NCBI GenBank assembly: GCA_903881085.1
Contig: CAIRSA010000201.1
Coordinates: 1 to 10,492, forward strand
Reading direction: 5' to 3'
Source of the DNA: an uncultured Acidobacteriia bacterium
Lineage (GTDB): Bacteria; Acidobacteriota; Terriglobia; Bryobacterales; Bryobacteraceae
Length of the DNA stretch: 10,492 nucleotides
In this document: positions 8,232 to 10,492 of the stretch, piece by piece
How the letters are laid out: every line of letters begins with the position of its first letter
Position numbering within the stretch: the stretch's first letter is position 1
Notes under the pieces: generated by a model
Database searches by the model: none
Told to the model about the DNA's origin: nothing
What the model saw: the letters and a program-made list of their open reading frames with translations, nothing else
Position numbers and translations under genes: made by a program

Positions 8232-8921
8232 TCAGCGTGGGCGGGTCGGCGATGTCTCTTCGCGGATGATGCCATTCATGGCACCCAGGCGGGCGGCCTT
8301 CGGCACATCGGGTCCGCTAAGAGCTGCATAGAGCGCCAGCGCCTCGCTGCGCTTGCCGTCAGCCAGCATGTGTTCGGCGCAGACCAGGCAGGCGTCGGCG
8401 ACCGACACCTTCATTAAGCCGGTGGCTTTAGGCAGCGCGGCCAGCAACTCTTTCGATGCGCCGATATGGCCGAGTGCGGACGCTGCGGCACGGGCCACAT
8501 CGACCTCGGAGCCGTGCATCATCTTCACCAGCGTGGGCTGCGCCTTCGCATCGCGGCGTTTGCCAATCGAATTGATCACGCCGATCAGGCGCACGCCCTT
8601 CAGCTTCGTAAGTGCAGCACGCAGGGCCTCGTCGGCCGAGGGGTCGGCGATCGGCTCCAGGCCATAACGCGCGTAGACGCTCAGGTGCTCGTTATCGAGC
8701 AGTGCGGCGAGCGCGGGCACGGTGTCCTTCGATGCCACTTCGCCGGCGCGCTGGCAGGCTTTCGCTTTCTGGAACTCGCTCGCCGCCGGGTCCTTCAAAA
8801 TGCCATTGAGGCCGGCTGCGTCCATGGTGGCAATGCCGCCTTCCCGGAACTCCGCGGGCGGCACCAGCGGCTTGGGTTTCGGCTTTGCGGCCTGCGGTGC
8901 GGGGGATGTTGTCTGTTGCAT
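8232..8921 (-). CDS. HEAT-repeat domain protein (229 aa)
   Basis: A Pro/Lys-rich N-terminal linker (PAPQAAKPKPKPLVPP) is followed by repeated helical ~30-aa units with LLxD.....VR..AA.ALG.IG spacing (VPALAALLDNEHLSVYARYGLEPIAD; VARAAASALGHIGASKELLAALPKA), typical of PBS-lyase/HEAT repeats. There is no signal peptide. The ATG lies 1 nt after the stop of the upstream Gfo/Idh/MocA gene (catGtta on the + strand), implying co-transcription or translational coupling. Confidence 0.7.
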   Translation of the reverse strand: MQQTTSPAPQAAKPKPKPLVPPAEFREGGIATMDAAGLNGILKDPAASEFQKAKACQRAGEVASKDTVPALAALLDNEHLSVYARYGLEPIADPSADEALRAALTKLKGVRLIGVINSIGKRRDAKAQPTLVKMMHGSEVDVARAAASALGHIGASKELLAALPKATGLMKVSVADACLVCAEHMLADGKRSEALALYAALSGPDVPKAARLGAMNGIIREETSPTRPR

Positions 8922-8922
8922 G

Positions 8923-10200
8923 TTAGGCTCTCCAAGGTTCGCGCATGGAGCGCGACCGCATATTGTTGGCGACTGCGTCGTTGGTGAATTCGCGTTTGGC
9001 CACGTCCCATGTCAGCGTCTTGCCGCGCTGATAAGCGATGAAGGCCGCGTGACAGGTGACGTGCGAATTGGCGGCCGCGGCTGCGTTCGATGCGGGCTGC
9101 TTGCGCGTGGCGATGCAACGCACGAACTCGTTCATGTGATTCTCAAGCGCCATCGCGGCCGACTCGGTGGGCCGGATCAACGGCTTGATGTTATCGGAGC
9201 ATTCAATCTTGGTTGCGTCGCCGGTTTCCACCCAGCCCTTGTCGCCTTCAATGCGGAAGCTGCACGAGCCGGTTTTCAGAGCGCCGTCCCAGGCGTTGTC
9301 GCGCATCACAAGGCGCACACCATTCTCATACTTGCAGTTCACCTGATACGGGCCAACATTGGTGCCGACGGGTTCGTATTCCACCGGCTGAATGGTATCG
9401 TAATCGGCCGCCCACTGGCAGAGGTCCACCGTGTGCGAGCCCCATTCCAGAATGCCGCCGCCATGGAAATCGTAGAAGTTGCGCCAGCCGCCGCGCACGT
9501 AGGAAGAGTGATACGGACGCCACGGCGCAGGGCCCAGCCAGCGGTCCCAATCGAGCACCTGTTTCGGCGGCAGCTCTTCGGCTTCCAGCCAGTCGCGGCT
9601 GGGAATCGGAGGCCAACTGGCCGATGGGCCAACGTTCGCATACAACGTCTGCAACTTGCCCAGCGCGCCCGACTTCAACAGTTCCTTGCATTGTTGGAAG
9701 TTCGCCCCGTTGCGGCGCTGGCAACCGGCCTGGTACAGGCGGTTGTAGCGGCGCGACGCGGCGGCCAGCGCCCAGCTTTCTTCGATCGACATGGAACACG
9801 GCTTTTCGCAGTAGACGTCCTTGCCATGTTGCGCGGCGATGATGGAAAGCGGCGTGTGCCAGCGGTCGCCCGTGGCGATCAGGACCGCGTCGATGTCCTG
9901 GCGGGCCAGCAGTTCATACTGGTCGCTGTACATCTTGCAGTCGCTATTGCCGTATTCCTTATCGGCAGTTGACTTGATGGTTTCGCGGCGTTCATTGCGA
10001 ACGTCGCAGATGGCGACGAAGCGTGCCGCGGGAATTTTGAGCAGCTTACTGAGATCGTGCGAGCCGCGGGAACCGATCCCGATGCCGCCGAAGACGATGC
10101 GGTCACTGGGCGCAACGGCCCCGGCGCGCTGGCCGAGTACGAGGCTGGGCACAATCATAGGTGCAACAGCCGACTTGAGGATTTGGCGTCTGGTAGTCAT
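8923..10200 (-). CDS. Gfo/Idh/MocA family NAD(P)-binding oxidoreductase with twin-arginine signal (GH109-like architecture, 425 aa)
   Basis: The Tat motif (MTTRRQILKSAVAPMIVPSLVLG) is followed by a Rossmann GxGxxG (IVFGGIGIGSRGS) and then a typical Gfo/Idh/MocA N-domain and alpha/beta C-domain. The start is placed at ATG 10200, 17 codons inside the longest ORF, because the Tat motif begins there. Confidence 0.85.
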   Translation of the reverse strand: MTTRRQILKSAVAPMIVPSLVLGQRAGAVAPSDRIVFGGIGIGSRGSHDLSKLLKIPAARFVAICDVRNERRETIKSTADKEYGNSDCKMYSDQYELLARQDIDAVLIATGDRWHTPLSIIAAQHGKDVYCEKPCSMSIEESWALAAASRRYNRLYQAGCQRRNGANFQQCKELLKSGALGKLQTLYANVGPSASWPPIPSRDWLEAEELPPKQVLDWDRWLGPAPWRPYHSSYVRGGWRNFYDFHGGGILEWGSHTVDLCQWAADYDTIQPVEYEPVGTNVGPYQVNCKYENGVRLVMRDNAWDGALKTGSCSFRIEGDKGWVETGDATKIECSDNIKPLIRPTESAAMALENHMNEFVRCIATRKQPASNAAAAANSHVTCHAAFIAYQRGKTLTWDVAKREFTNDAVANNMRSRSMREPWRA

Positions 10201-10492
10201 GGCGATGTCTAATTGGATTCTATACCCTACTGACCAACTTGTCACGACCAAAAGATAAAAAAGTCCGCTTAATCACCGAGTTTCTACATCCCCACTGTCA
10301 CTATCCACCCGGCGTGGGGCAGAGTGGCACTCCAATGTCGCTTACATTGAGTAGAACGACGCGTCGCATTTGGGGTCTGACACCTTTTTTCGGCCGTTTT
10401 CTTGTCCGCCGTAGCTTTAGCGAAGGTGGATGCCGAAAATGGGCTGTCTGACCCCAATTGCCCTCCAACGCAATGCCCCAATGACTCGCTCA

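Noticed and set aside
8223-8245. Hairpin CCCGC-N10-GCGGG overlapping the HEAT gene stop as a terminator
   Set aside because: The stem is short and imperfect (5 bp with a 10-nt loop) and no U-tract follows on the minus strand. It is not convincing as an intrinsic terminator.
7999-8331. 110-aa + ORF, with a TTG 8029 variant preceded by AGGAGG, and the 115-aa minus ORF 7623-7970
   Set aside because: Both translate to low-complexity Arg/Pro/Ser/Cys-rich sequence. Each overlaps a strong neighbouring CDS on the opposite strand (HEAT and TBDR respectively). They are kept only as part of the intergenic finding, not as CDSs.
8722-9972. 416-aa + strand ORF, with 8466-8987, 8612-8809 and 9213-9842
   Set aside because: They are antisense to the Gfo/Idh/MocA and HEAT genes. 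These are GC-skew artefact frames with Arg/Ala/Gly-rich translations.
10357-10366. 10-bp perfect palindrome CGACGCGTCG, and the 10-bp ATTTCGAAAT at 7832-7841 taken alone
   Set aside because: Perfect 10-bp palindromes are expected several times by chance in 10 kb (about 1 per 1 kb). They are not significant on their own.
1-10492. CRISPR arrays, tRNA/rRNA genes, IS elements or integrases
   Set aside because: I found no regularly spaced direct repeats, no tRNA-like T-arm or acceptor patterns, and no transposase or integrase-like ORFs on either strand.

Overview
This is a high-GC (~60%) window whose gene content suggests a soil Acidobacteriota-type chromosome (inference from gene content only; no database search was possible). 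I support seven protein-coding loci and no RNA genes, CRISPR arrays or mobile elements. In order they are: a small CX5R protein-tyrosine/dual-specificity phosphatase (+); a convergent, slightly overlapping 600-aa flotillin/SPFH (YqiK-like) membrane protein (-); a decayed YhcG/DUF1016 PDDEXK-nuclease gene (+) with an in-frame TAG near its N-terminus, a missing C-terminus and a perfect 25-bp palindrome inside it; a Tat-signal IorB-type molybdopterin oxidoreductase large subunit (-) with no adjacent small subunit; a carboxypeptidase-regulatory-domain/TonB-dependent-receptor-like outer-membrane protein (+); and a two-gene minus-strand operon of a Tat-signal Gfo/Idh/MocA (GH109-like) oxidoreductase followed 1 nt later by a signal-less HEAT-repeat protein. 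The only substantial non-coding stretch (7745-8231, 487 bp, between convergent genes) is AT-richer and carries a terminator-like hairpin plus T-tract, an AT-rich 8-bp-stem hairpin, a consensus AGGAGG Shine-Dalgarno and a 9-bp GC hairpin. It is a candidate small RNA or small-protein locus. I see no coherent multi-gene novel system such as a defense island or biosynthetic cluster. The closest thing to a defense-type gene (the DUF1016 nuclease) is a remnant. All homology statements come from motif recognition by eye, not searches.
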